A DNA stretch of 61,353 bases, filler included, from Gemmatimonadota bacterium (lineage in GTDB: Bacteria > 4572-55 > J002): NCBI GenBank assembly GCA_003697105.1. It is 3 parts of 3 records of this genome, joined end to end, with 100 filler letters (N's around TTAATTAATTAA, not from the genome) between each part and the next. Parts side by side here need not be neighbours in the genome. Positions count along the whole stretch, not along the records: positions 28,618 to 37,697 come from RFFQ01000182.1; positions 37,798 to 61,353 come from RFFQ01000184.1; 1 more part is not named here. One strand, 5' to 3'. Numbering within the stretch: position 1 is the stretch's first letter; each line of letters opens with the position of its first letter. Below the pieces are notes generated by a model. That model was not told where the DNA came from and did no database searches. It worked only from the letters and a program-made list of their open reading frames with translations. Shown one piece after another: positions 28,618 through 38,016 of the stretch. The translations under genes were made by a program, and so were the position numbers.

Positions 28618-29537
28618 GCATAATCAATCTGAAACATACGGACGTTAAGCCCCGCGCCATACGTCATATCCCCTTCTTGATTACCCAACCGGAGTGCTAC
28701 CCGTTGCCCCAGGCGATACTCTAACCCGAAATACAAATCCCCGCTAACGGTATCACTGCCGAACTGCGCGGCGCTATTTCGCCCTTCAAACAACGTATTG
28801 AGGTCTCCGCTGAGGGTTACTTCCCCCAGCGGTGCGCCGGTTGTGAAGGCAAATCCCAACCGTAAACTTGGAGTGATGGTCTCCGTGGTACTCTCTTCGG
28901 TATCCCACACCAACGGGCTGGAGGTTGCATCTTTGAGCACGACGCCGACCAGCAGTCGCGGTGAAAGGGCATAAATGGCACCGACATCTAACCCTAACCC
29001 CCACGCATGATTATCAACCGTTTTTTTGTAGATCATCTTGACCGAACCGCCCACTTTCAACTTTAAGCTAAGATGGCGTCCATAGGAAAAATAGAGGGCA
29101 TTTTGGGCATCACTGCTCATTTTAATGTTGTCCAAATTGAGGGTTTCACCGGGGTCGAGGACGCCATTGCCATTTAGGTCATTCAAGGCACCGGTCGTCA
29201 CCGGAATATCACCGATACTGAGCCGCACCAAACTGAGAGATAACGTACCGTTTTCACCAAAAGGTTGGGCATATGCGCCATAATCGTAATTGGCAATATC
29301 GCCAAATTGCTCCGCGTGCATTAATACCAATTCCCGTTCGCCCACCCAAGAAAGTCCGGCAGGATTCCAGTAGCTGGCAGTGGCATCATCTGCCAAACCC
29401 GTATAAGCACTACCCATACCCAATGCCCGGGCGCCAACACCTAAACTGAGAAACTCCCCAGCGTATTTTGTGGCGTAACTCTGGGAACCCCATCCCACCA
29501 AAATAATAAGCACCAGTAAGGCGGTTTTCCGTAACAT
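28618..29537 (-). CDS. PorV/PorQ-like outer-membrane beta-barrel, 3'-truncated by the contig end
   Basis: FLSLGVGARALGMG, ASYWNPAGL, GLDVG, ALRLG, GAGL...QIDY. Confidence 0.82.
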
Positions 29538-29891
29538 GATCTCCTCCGTAAAACGTAAAGCGTCAGTTTTTTAGGATGTATTAAACCCCCCTTAGGCAGA
29601 AATGATGCCACGATAGCACCCGTCCCGTAAAATCCGCCCAAACATCAGAAATAGACTAACCTGTGAACGGTTTGCACGAGAGATTATTCGCCCCGGAAGC
29701 GAAGAATATCCCCCTGAAACTGTGGCAATTAATCGACAATGTACCCGAACGAATGACCTGATGAACCGCGCCAACCGGTTGCCAAGACACTGGTTTACAT
29801 CCAAAAAAGCCTTGACGGAAAATGGTAAACATGCTAGAGTTTTACTCTATTTGAGCCTTATTGTTTCGGATTACATCTTTAGGATAACCAC

Positions 29892-30950
29892 ATGGCAACT
29901 ACATCTTTACACCCGCCGGATCCGATTGCGGTAGTCGCACTGGGTGGTAATGCGATTACCCGCAAGGGTGAAGAAGGCAACATCCAACAGCAATTTGCTA
30001 ATACCCGTCAAGCCTTACCGGCAATTGTAGAACTCATCCAACGAGGGTATCGGGTCGTGATAACTCACGGCAATGGTCCTCAGGTAGGCAATCTGTTCTT
30101 GATGGTCGAAGCCACGCACGATTTCATCCCCGAATTACCTTTGGGAGTGTGTGTCGCTGATACACAAGGGCAAATGGGCTATATGATCCAGCAAAGTTTA
30201 CAGAATTTTCTTCGAGCGGGCGGCATCTCAACCCCAGTCGTCACCGTCGTGACACAGGTCGTCGTTGACCGCCAAGACCCCTCCTTTGACCACCCAACTA
30301 AACCTATCGGTAAATTCTACTCCCCCGAGGAAGCCGCCCAAATTCAAGCCGAAAAAGGTTATCACATGGTCGAAGATAGTGGGCGAGGTTGGCGAATCGT
30401 CGTGCCCTCACCTAAACCGGTGAAGGTGGTCGAAAAAGAGGTCATCTCCATGCTGTTAGAACACAATGTAATTGTGATCGCGGTGGGAGGTGGGGGTATT
30501 CCCGTGATCGAATTAGCAGAAAATCCAACAGACCCGCCTGACATTAAACACGATAAACAAAAACGTGCTCAGATTTTAGGCTTGGATTTAGCACCGGAAA
30601 TTTATGATGGGGTCGATGTTGTGATCGATAAAGATTTAGCCTCAGCCGTACTGGCAAATAACATTGGGGCGGATATGTTGATCATTTTAACCGGCGTCGA
30701 TCAAGTTTGTTTGAATTTTGGCAAACCAGAGGCAACACAGCTTGATCGATTAACACCCGCACAAGCCCAACGTTATTTAGCCGAGGGTCATTTCCCGCCG
30801 GGGAGTATGGGACCCAAAATTGAAGCCGCGGTCTCTTTTATTGAAAATGGCGGTAAAGAAGTCCTGATTACCTCGCTGGAACGCATCCGCGAGGCGTTGG
30901 ACGGGAAAACCGGTACCCGGTTGGGTGCTGAAACGGAACCCCTAAAGTGA
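29892..30950 (+). CDS. arcC: Carbamate kinase
   Basis: VALGGNA, THGNGPQVG, PTKPIG, VPSPKP, GGGGIPV, VIDKD, GSMGPK. Confidence 0.95.
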   Translation: MATTSLHPPDPIAVVALGGNAITRKGEEGNIQQQFANTRQALPAIVELIQRGYRVVITHGNGPQVGNLFLMVEATHDFIPELPLGVCVADTQGQMGYMIQQSLQNFLRAGGISTPVVTVVTQVVVDRQDPSFDHPTKPIGKFYSPEEAAQIQAEKGYHMVEDSGRGWRIVVPSPKPVKVVEKEVISMLLEHNVIVIAVGGGGIPVIELAENPTDPPDIKHDKQKRAQILGLDLAPEIYDGVDVVIDKDLASAVLANNIGADMLIILTGVDQVCLNFGKPEATQLDRLTPAQAQRYLAEGHFPPGSMGPKIEAAVSFIENGGKEVLITSLERIREALDGKTGTRLGAETEPLK

Positions 30951-30957
30951 GAAAATC

Positions 30958-32460
30958 ATGTTTAAAAAAGTACTCATCGCCAATCGGGGCGAAATTGCGG
31001 TTCGTGTGATGCGCGCATGCCGTGAAATGGGCATGAAATCCGTCGCGATTTATTCCGATGCCGACCGCATTGCGCGGCATGTCCGATTCGCAGATGAAGC
31101 CTACCGGGTCGGTGAACCCCCTTCCATTGAAAGTTATCTGCGGATGGAACGTATCATTGAGGTGGCGAGACAAGCCAACGCGGACGCCATCCATCCCGGC
31201 TACGGTTTTCTAGCCGAAAATGCCACCTTCGCGGAACAGTGCGAACAAAACGGTATCACCTTCGTCGGTCCCCCCTCCGGCGCCATTAGCGCCATGGGCG
31301 ATAAAATCACGGCACGAGATTTAGCCGCCAAAGCCAACGTACCGGTGGTACCGGGTGCAAATTTCTCTCTGGAAGATGAACCAATGGCGCGGAACATCGC
31401 CCACGAAATCGGATACCCCATCCTATTAAAGAGTGCCGGCGGTGGCGGCGGTAAAGGGATACGGATTGTCCGCCAACCGGAGGATTTGGAACGCTCTCTC
31501 CGCTCGGCACGCCATGAAGCGTATGCCGCGTTTGGCGATGATCGCGTGTATATGGAAAAATACATCGAAAATCCCCGCCATATCGAAATCCAAATCTTAG
31601 CAGATAAACACGGCAATGTGATTCATTTAGGTGAACGAGAATGTTCCATCCAACGGCGACACCAAAAATTGATTGAAGAAGCCCCCTCACCGGTCGTCTC
31701 GCCGGAAATGCGCCAACAGATGGGGGAATGTGCCATCCGCATTGCGAAAGCGGCGAATTATGTCAATGCCGGAACCGTCGAATTTATTGTTGATCCGGCG
31801 TTGAATTTTTATTTTTTAGAGATGAACACCCGGTTGCAAGTGGAACATCCGGTCACCGAACGTATTACCGGCTTGGACATTGTTAAAGAGCAATTTCAGA
31901 TTGCCGCCGGTCAGCCCCTCTCGATTTCGCAGAACGATGTCCAATTTCAGGGATGGGCAATTGAGTGCCGCATCAATGCGGAAGACCCGCTGAACCAGTT
32001 CCTACCATCCATCGGAAAGATTGAACAGCTAAACGAACCCGGCGGGAACGGCATCCGGGTGGATAGCGGTATCATCGAGGGGTGTACCGTCAGTGAATAT
32101 TACGACCCCATGCTGGCAAAATTGATTGTCTGGGCGCGATCCCGCACCGAGGCGATTGATCGAATGCGTTATGCCCTCCGGGAATTTCGGTTGGAAGGCA
32201 TTGCCACCAATGTCCCCTTTCACCAATTTGTAATGGAAGATGACGATTTCCGCGCCGGTCAAATTGATACCCACTATCTGGAGCGCAAATCCTTTGAAAT
32301 GACCATCGACCCCGCATTGGCGGAAGCCGCCGCGATAGCAGTCGCGTTGGAGGTTCACCAAGCACGAATGCAAGCCTCCCCAACCGCACCCTCCGCGCCA
32401 TTATCTGGGGCAGCCAATATGTGGAAAATGTCCGGTCGGCTCTCTCGTCTGCGGTACTGA
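30958..32460 (+). CDS. accC: Biotin carboxylase subunit of an acyl-CoA/pyruvate carboxylase
   Basis: KKVLIANRGEIA, HPGYGFLAEN, GGGGKG, ECSIQRRHQK, EMNTRLQVEHP, YYDPMLAK. Confidence 0.93.
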   Translation: MFKKVLIANRGEIAVRVMRACREMGMKSVAIYSDADRIARHVRFADEAYRVGEPPSIESYLRMERIIEVARQANADAIHPGYGFLAENATFAEQCEQNGITFVGPPSGAISAMGDKITARDLAAKANVPVVPGANFSLEDEPMARNIAHEIGYPILLKSAGGGGGKGIRIVRQPEDLERSLRSARHEAYAAFGDDRVYMEKYIENPRHIEIQILADKHGNVIHLGERECSIQRRHQKLIEEAPSPVVSPEMRQQMGECAIRIAKAANYVNAGTVEFIVDPALNFYFLEMNTRLQVEHPVTERITGLDIVKEQFQIAAGQPLSISQNDVQFQGWAIECRINAEDPLNQFLPSIGKIEQLNEPGGNGIRVDSGIIEGCTVSEYYDPMLAKLIVWARSRTEAIDRMRYALREFRLEGIATNVPFHQFVMEDDDFRAGQIDTHYLERKSFEMTIDPALAEAAAIAVALEVHQARMQASPTAPSAPLSGAANMWKMSGRLSRLRY

Positions 32461-32479
32461 GAAGGGGAGGAGCAAACCG

Positions 32480-33283
32480 ATGCAACTGGAAGGTCCGGTT
32501 CGACGATTCCAACTGGCACACGTTTACCGGGAATTGGCATACGAACGCCAAACCGGCATGTTGATCGTCAGTGATCGCAACCGCCAAGCCGGCATCTATT
32601 TTAGTAATGGACAACTTGTGTTCGCCAAACAATCCAGCCAGCAAGACCGGTTGGGAGACCGGTTGGTTGCCAAAGGATATATCACCGAGGATCAACTGCG
32701 GGAGGCAATCACCATCCAACGCCGTTCCGATGAAACCCGCCGGTTAGGGCGGATTTTGATCGATGAACAGTTCGTGGGAGCCGCCATCATAGAGCAGTTG
32801 ATGCAGGATCAAATTAAAGAGGTCGTGCTTGAAGTCTTGGATTGGAATTCCGGCACATACCGGTTTATGACCGGCATGTCCCCCCCAGAAGAAGATGTCC
32901 TTCTTCAGATAGCTATTGAAAATTTGATCTTGGAAGGTCTGCGGCGCCGGGTCCAATGGGAAGATGTTCGGACGGATTTTGTCCCCGCCGAAACCGTTTT
33001 CGGATTGAAACCTCGGCCCAATAGGGCGGATATTACCTTGCACCTCACTGCTGAAGAATGGAACACCCTGACGCAGGTCAATGGTATCCGGACGCTGGAC
33101 GAACTCCGAAAAACATCGACCTTAGATGCCGATGAGACCGGGCGAATCCTGTATATTTTGTACCAAACCGGACTTATCCATCCCGTCAACGGAACGCTTG
33201 TAGAAGATAAACTGCACCTCAGCGAGAAAGTAGCACACCTGAACCAGCTCTTGGAGGCATTTTTGACTACTGCAAAGGCGTAA
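32480..33283 (+). CDS. DUF4388-domain protein with MshEN-like (RLG) repeats
   Basis: MQLEG...RQTGML...IYFSNGQLVFA N-terminus; RLGDRLVAKGYITEDQLREAITIQ and RLGRILI; WNSGTYRF; ENLILEGLRR. Confidence 0.8.
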   Translation: MQLEGPVRRFQLAHVYRELAYERQTGMLIVSDRNRQAGIYFSNGQLVFAKQSSQQDRLGDRLVAKGYITEDQLREAITIQRRSDETRRLGRILIDEQFVGAAIIEQLMQDQIKEVVLEVLDWNSGTYRFMTGMSPPEEDVLLQIAIENLILEGLRRRVQWEDVRTDFVPAETVFGLKPRPNRADITLHLTAEEWNTLTQVNGIRTLDELRKTSTLDADETGRILYILYQTGLIHPVNGTLVEDKLHLSEKVAHLNQLLEAFLTTAKA

Positions 33284-33286
33284 TTC

Positions 33287-34012
33287 ATGCCGGAAACTGC
33301 GTACCAGCATCTTATCGCGACATTGGATGCAAGCTTAGAGCGCATCCTGCAAGCCTTTTTTGCGGAAGACCCCCGCCGGGTATCATTTGATGTGGAAACG
33401 TGGATGTCACAAATGAACTCGGTCGCGCAAAGTTATGTGGCACCCGTCCAAAAGCTGATGCGCTTACAGCACCTTCTCGACGATGCCGGGGAGCAATTCC
33501 AATCGGGTGAATTGCCACTGCCGGTCTTACAACGCCTAATGCAATTGCTCACCGATCTGCGAACCTCCCGCTTTTCCGGTGAATTTTACCATGCCATTCA
33601 AACCGGTGAAGTGCAAGCGGAACAGATAGACCACTTATTAAACGGTATTTTCCGATTTATCATCCTCCACACCCCGGAAACCGAACTGCTGATCCCCGGG
33701 GAAAAAGGACAATGGCAACAGGTGGTACTCCACAAAGGGGAAATCCACCCAGAAGACCACGAAAAAGAATTTTTAAGCTACTTATTAACCTACCAAATTG
33801 ACGCCTTGTTGCATCGCTACCACGAACAAGATCGATTGTATGACATCGCAAACGAACATCTACACGTCCTCGAAGAACGTTATTCCCGCGAGGATGAGCT
33901 TTTCGTGGGGATGATGATTTACTATTTGCAGCTACGCCACCAACCGGTTGACGATCTCATCCGGCGCTTCAAGGCGATACGGCAAGCACAACCGGATTTT
34001 ATTGACTTTTGA
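33287..34012 (+). CDS. Hypothetical all-helical protein
   Basis: 241-aa ORF 3 bp after the DUF4388 gene and abutting the next gene; no motif recognised. Confidence 0.7.
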   Translation: MPETAYQHLIATLDASLERILQAFFAEDPRRVSFDVETWMSQMNSVAQSYVAPVQKLMRLQHLLDDAGEQFQSGELPLPVLQRLMQLLTDLRTSRFSGEFYHAIQTGEVQAEQIDHLLNGIFRFIILHTPETELLIPGEKGQWQQVVLHKGEIHPEDHEKEFLSYLLTYQIDALLHRYHEQDRLYDIANEHLHVLEERYSREDELFVGMMIYYLQLRHQPVDDLIRRFKAIRQAQPDFIDF

Positions 34013-34032
34013 CGGGAGCCATCCACAACATC

Positions 34033-36114
34033 ATGAGTTTCCTAGACCAAAAATTGATTCCACATTATGTGTTCGATACCTATGTGGTGGGGCACAATAA
34101 TCGATTAGCATTTGCTGCCGCTAAGGGTGTAGCAGAGAACCCGGCTTATACGTACAACCCCTTATTCATTTACAGCAGTGTAGGGTTAGGCAAAACGCAC
34201 CTATTGAACGCCATTGGCAACGCAATCGTTCAGAGTAACCCGCAAATGAAAGTGGTATATAGCTCGCTAGAAGTGGTGATGGAGAGCCTCACCGGGCACA
34301 TGAGCCGGGGTACTCTAAATGAATTTCGATTCTCATTTGAAGAAATTGATGTCTTGCTCCTCGATGATGTCCAGTTTTTAATTGGGCGTGAAGAAAAGCA
34401 AGAAGAATTTATCCGTATTTTTGATATGCTGTTGATGAATTTAAAACAACTGGTCTTTACCTCGGATCGTCCCCCAACGGATATGACCACCCTAGAAGAA
34501 CGGTTGCGTTCTCGCTTTCAGGGCGGATTGATCGTTGATATCCAACATCCCGATTTAGAAACACGAATCGCCATCCTCCAACGAAAAATTAAAGAAACCG
34601 GACGTACAGTACCCCCCGAAGTCGTCCATAAAATTGCCGAGAATGTCCCGACCAATGTGCGGGAATTAGAAGGCGCTTTGAACAAAGTATTGGCACATGC
34701 CCTGCTGACCGACCGCGAGATTTCGCTGGAAGTCGCCCGTGAAGCATTGGGTGAAAAACCCGCCCCAGCGCCGGAAGTCAAAACGCTGGAAGAATTCCAA
34801 AAAGAACAAGAAGCCCTTTCCAACGAATTTTCGGACTTTTTGAGCGGCGTTTCCGAAAAAGTGGAAGGTATCGCCATCGAAATCAGCCAACACCAACGCG
34901 AAAAAGATGAACTCCGCGAAAAAATTAAAATGTGGGAGCATCGTGGATTTGAGGTCGATAGCATCCGCCAAGCACTCCGCGGCACCATAGAAGATGCCAA
35001 ACGTGCCTATCAGGAATTTGAACAAAACGTGCACCGGCTTATGGAATTACAAGACGAACTTAGCGCACTGGAGGTGCCCAAAGAGGAACTATTTGAGGTT
35101 CGCCGAATTCAAGCCCGCTTATTTGATCCAGCCGCCGTGGCGTGGTGTGAGCAAGCCATCGCGACCCTACGGGAAAAGTTGGAAACCGAACAGTTTGATT
35201 TTGACCTCCCCCTAGATGATTATCATTTTGAAGATTATATCGTGGGCGAAAGCAACAAAATGGTCTATCGGGCGGCACAATTGATCGCGGAAGCGCCGGG
35301 TGAACGCTATAACCCGCTGTTTATTCACGGAGGCGTCGGCGTGGGGAAAACACATCTGCTCAATGCCATCGGAAACCGTATCCTCCAAAAGTACCCTCAG
35401 CGGAAAGTGGCGTACCTCAGTGCCGAAAAATTCACCAATGAACTGATTCAGGCAATTAGTGATAATCAAGTAGAGAAATTTCGAGCGAAATACCGGTCAG
35501 TGGATGTACTTATGATCGATGACATTCAATTTTTAGCCGGGCGGGAACGCACGCAGGAGGAATTTTTCCACTCCTTCAATGCCCTGTACACCGTCCATAA
35601 GGCGATCATCCTGACCAGTGATCGCTCCCCCAAAGAACTTACCACACTGGAAGACCGCCTCCGATCCCGCTTTGAAGGCGGATTAGTTGCGGAAATCAAA
35701 GCCCCGACTAAAGAAGTCCGTACCCAGTTGATTGAACGCATTTTAACCCGCGAAAACATTACGATGGAGCCGGCGCTGATCAACCATATCGCCGATACCA
35801 TCCAGACCAATATCCGCGAGTTGATCGGCGCCGTAAACCGGATTGTTGCCAACTGCGTCCTCAATGATCTACCCCCGACCCAGGAGATCGTTGATGCGGT
35901 ACTGGTCGAGGTTGCCGGGACAAGCAAACCCGCCGTCACCGCTGCAACCCCCGCAGGACAAGCGCCGATTTCCACATGGGAACAGACACTGTTGGCACAG
36001 ATTCCGAAAATCGAACAGCACTGGCGAACCCTAGATGTGTTACTGCATCATGACTACCTAACAGATGAATATCGTGTGGAAAAAGTGCTCCAACTGGCTG
36101 ATGATAATAGCTAA
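34033..36114 (+). CDS. Tandem DnaA-type AAA+ ATPase (two domain-III modules, no domain I or IV)
   Basis: Module 1: YNPLFIYSSVGLGKT, LLLDD, RLRSRF, NVRELEG. Module 2: YNPLFIHGGVGVGKT, LMIDD, RLRSRF, NIRELIG. Helical linker between them. Alternative TTG start at 34009. Confidence 0.88.
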   Translation: MSFLDQKLIPHYVFDTYVVGHNNRLAFAAAKGVAENPAYTYNPLFIYSSVGLGKTHLLNAIGNAIVQSNPQMKVVYSSLEVVMESLTGHMSRGTLNEFRFSFEEIDVLLLDDVQFLIGREEKQEEFIRIFDMLLMNLKQLVFTSDRPPTDMTTLEERLRSRFQGGLIVDIQHPDLETRIAILQRKIKETGRTVPPEVVHKIAENVPTNVRELEGALNKVLAHALLTDREISLEVAREALGEKPAPAPEVKTLEEFQKEQEALSNEFSDFLSGVSEKVEGIAIEISQHQREKDELREKIKMWEHRGFEVDSIRQALRGTIEDAKRAYQEFEQNVHRLMELQDELSALEVPKEELFEVRRIQARLFDPAAVAWCEQAIATLREKLETEQFDFDLPLDDYHFEDYIVGESNKMVYRAAQLIAEAPGERYNPLFIHGGVGVGKTHLLNAIGNRILQKYPQRKVAYLSAEKFTNELIQAISDNQVEKFRAKYRSVDVLMIDDIQFLAGRERTQEEFFHSFNALYTVHKAIILTSDRSPKELTTLEDRLRSRFEGGLVAEIKAPTKEVRTQLIERILTRENITMEPALINHIADTIQTNIRELIGAVNRIVANCVLNDLPPTQEIVDAVLVEVAGTSKPAVTAATPAGQAPISTWEQTLLAQIPKIEQHWRTLDVLLHHDYLTDEYRVEKVLQLADDNS

Positions 36115-36619
36115 CCTTGGCATTTTGGTAGGGATAGGGGGATGCCAGCCTCAGGCGGACGTGCGGCAGACGACATCCAAAACCGGGAAAATAGAGCCGG
36201 ATATTCAGACCTGCTTCCCGATCTTACCTGCGACGGTGCGCACAGTGCCCACTCGCATCGATTCGCTCACCCACCCCTGGGTCTTCCAACGGCTGGGAAC
36301 GGTAGCACCGGAGATTCACCCCCTAGATCAGGCTCGCGCGACCTATTCCTTGGAGGGGGATTCCGTGGAAGTAACCCTTTTTGAATTTGATAGCCTGAAA
36401 ACGGCACGTCACTGGATTTCCACGTTAAATGATGCCGGTTGCCAACCGGATTCCACATGGGGCAACGGTGGTTTTTATGATACATTTACCATTGCTTTCC
36501 GTGACGGTGTCTATGGCGTACATTTACAACGGTTTTCCCGCTCCGACACTGGCCGGATAATTATGCACCAATTGGCGGCAAAACTCGACGAACTTTTGAC
36601 CCGAAAGGATACCCTGTGA
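36101..36619 (+). CDS. Putative lipoprotein
   Basis: Hydrophobic N-terminus ending in a lipobox-like IGGC; overlaps both neighbours. Confidence 0.6.
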   Translation: MIIANLGILVGIGGCQPQADVRQTTSKTGKIEPDIQTCFPILPATVRTVPTRIDSLTHPWVFQRLGTVAPEIHPLDQARATYSLEGDSVEVTLFEFDSLKTARHWISTLNDAGCQPDSTWGNGGFYDTFTIAFRDGVYGVHLQRFSRSDTGRIIMHQLAAKLDELLTRKDTL

Positions 36620-37590
36620 AATATGTTTGGCTATATGGACTCATCCTACTAATACACCTCGCTTCTGCCAAAGGTAGCCCAGCCGCACAAGCTCTGGTGA
36701 ACAATATGGGATTAAGTGGCGGACTGGCAGAATGGTCACCGGATGGGCGGCAACTCGTTTTTGTGTCCACCGAAGGGTCCCGGCGCGGTATGGCAACCAA
36801 TCTCTGGATTATCAACGCCAACGGTAGTGGCAAAAAAATGATTACCGATAATAGTTCTTGGGATAGTTATCCTTCGTGGTCGCCGGATGGAACACGCATT
36901 ATCTATTCCTCACACCCAGATGGTCGCCCGAAAGAGCGGCATCTTTGGGTGATAAACCGCAACGGAAGTAACAAACAGCGCCTATCCACCCCTGTGAGCA
37001 ATCCAACCGCCCCGCAAATTTCACCTTCAGGACGCGAAGTCCTCTTTGTCTCAGGCGATAACCGTATCTGGAAAATGAATCTGGATGGCACAAATGCCTG
37101 CCAACTGACTCACCAAAAATCAACCCATCCCAGTTGGTCACCCAATGGACGGCATATCCTATTTGCGCAATACAGTCCCAAAACCCGTTACGACATCTGG
37201 GTGATGGATGCCGACGGCGAAAACCCACGACCCATTTCCACAGACATGCACAATGAATCCCACCCGCGCCTTTCACCCGACGGGTCAATGATTCTTTATG
37301 AAGTGTGGGATTTGCAAACCCGCTCCCGGCGCATCTGGGTCATGAATGCGGACGGAACCAATAAACACCCCTTGAACACAGGTGGTCAAGAAGATGGAAT
37401 GCCGCGGTGGTCACCGGACGGTCACATGATAGTTTTCAATTCCTGGGACCAACAAGAGCACAACCGGTTACAAATCCTTCCGGCGCCGCGTCCACCGTCA
37501 CAACCGCGATCGCTGCCCCGCCCCGTCCGGGTAATCCCCCCACGCCAACAGTGGACCACGGATAAAACCCCCGTGAAGCCCGCTACCCCC
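36616..37590 (+). CDS. Secreted TolB-like beta-propeller (PD40 repeats); 3' end unresolved
   Basis: Six W/ISPxG repeats with IWVMNADG-type segments; runs into poly-C at the contig end. Confidence 0.85.
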
Positions 37591-37697
37591 CCACCCCCCC
37601 CCCCCCCCCCCCACCCCCCCCCCCGCCCCCCCCCCCCCCCCCACCCCCCCCCCCCCCCCCCCACCCCCCCCCCCCCCCCCCCCCACCCCCCCCCCCC
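37585..37697. other. Poly-C low-complexity contig end (probable sequencing artefact)
   Basis: More than 100 nt of almost pure C directly before the spacer. Confidence 0.8.
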
Positions 37698-37797
37698 NNN
37701 NNNNNNNNNNNNNNNNNNNNNNNNNNNNNNNNNNNNNNNNNTTAATTAATTAANNNNNNNNNNNNNNNNNNNNNNNNNNNNNNNNNNNNNNNNNNNN
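37698..37797. other. Artificial contig-joining spacer
   Basis: N-run with a TTAATTAATTAA linker. Confidence 0.98.
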
Positions 37798-38016
37798 ATA
37801 TGTTATTTCATTAATTGTAGTGGATTCCCGATTTGCTGTCAATGAGTATTTGTAGGGTGGAAAAAATTTGGTCACTGGATTCCTTACCGGGGTTGCGAAT
37901 ATTTATAACTTATTCTTTATAAATACTTTACTGAAGTGGTATTACTTCTGCATTAGCGATTTCACAACCGACTTTCTTCACTATAGCATCCCACCTCAGG
38001 GAACCGGTGGCAATCG

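Noticed and set aside
29538-29891. Possible ncRNA or small ORFs in the porV-arcC intergenic region
   Set aside because: No recognisable riboswitch or RNA motif; the short ORFs lack RBS or motif support.
27041-36114. Apparent proximity of dnaA and the tandem-DnaA gene
   Set aside because: An artificial contig spacer at 28518-28617 separates them, so linkage cannot be inferred.
37585-37749. Poly-proline tail on the TolB-like protein and poly-Gly reverse ORFs
   Set aside because: They derive from a poly-C run at a contig end, which is typical of a sequencing artefact.
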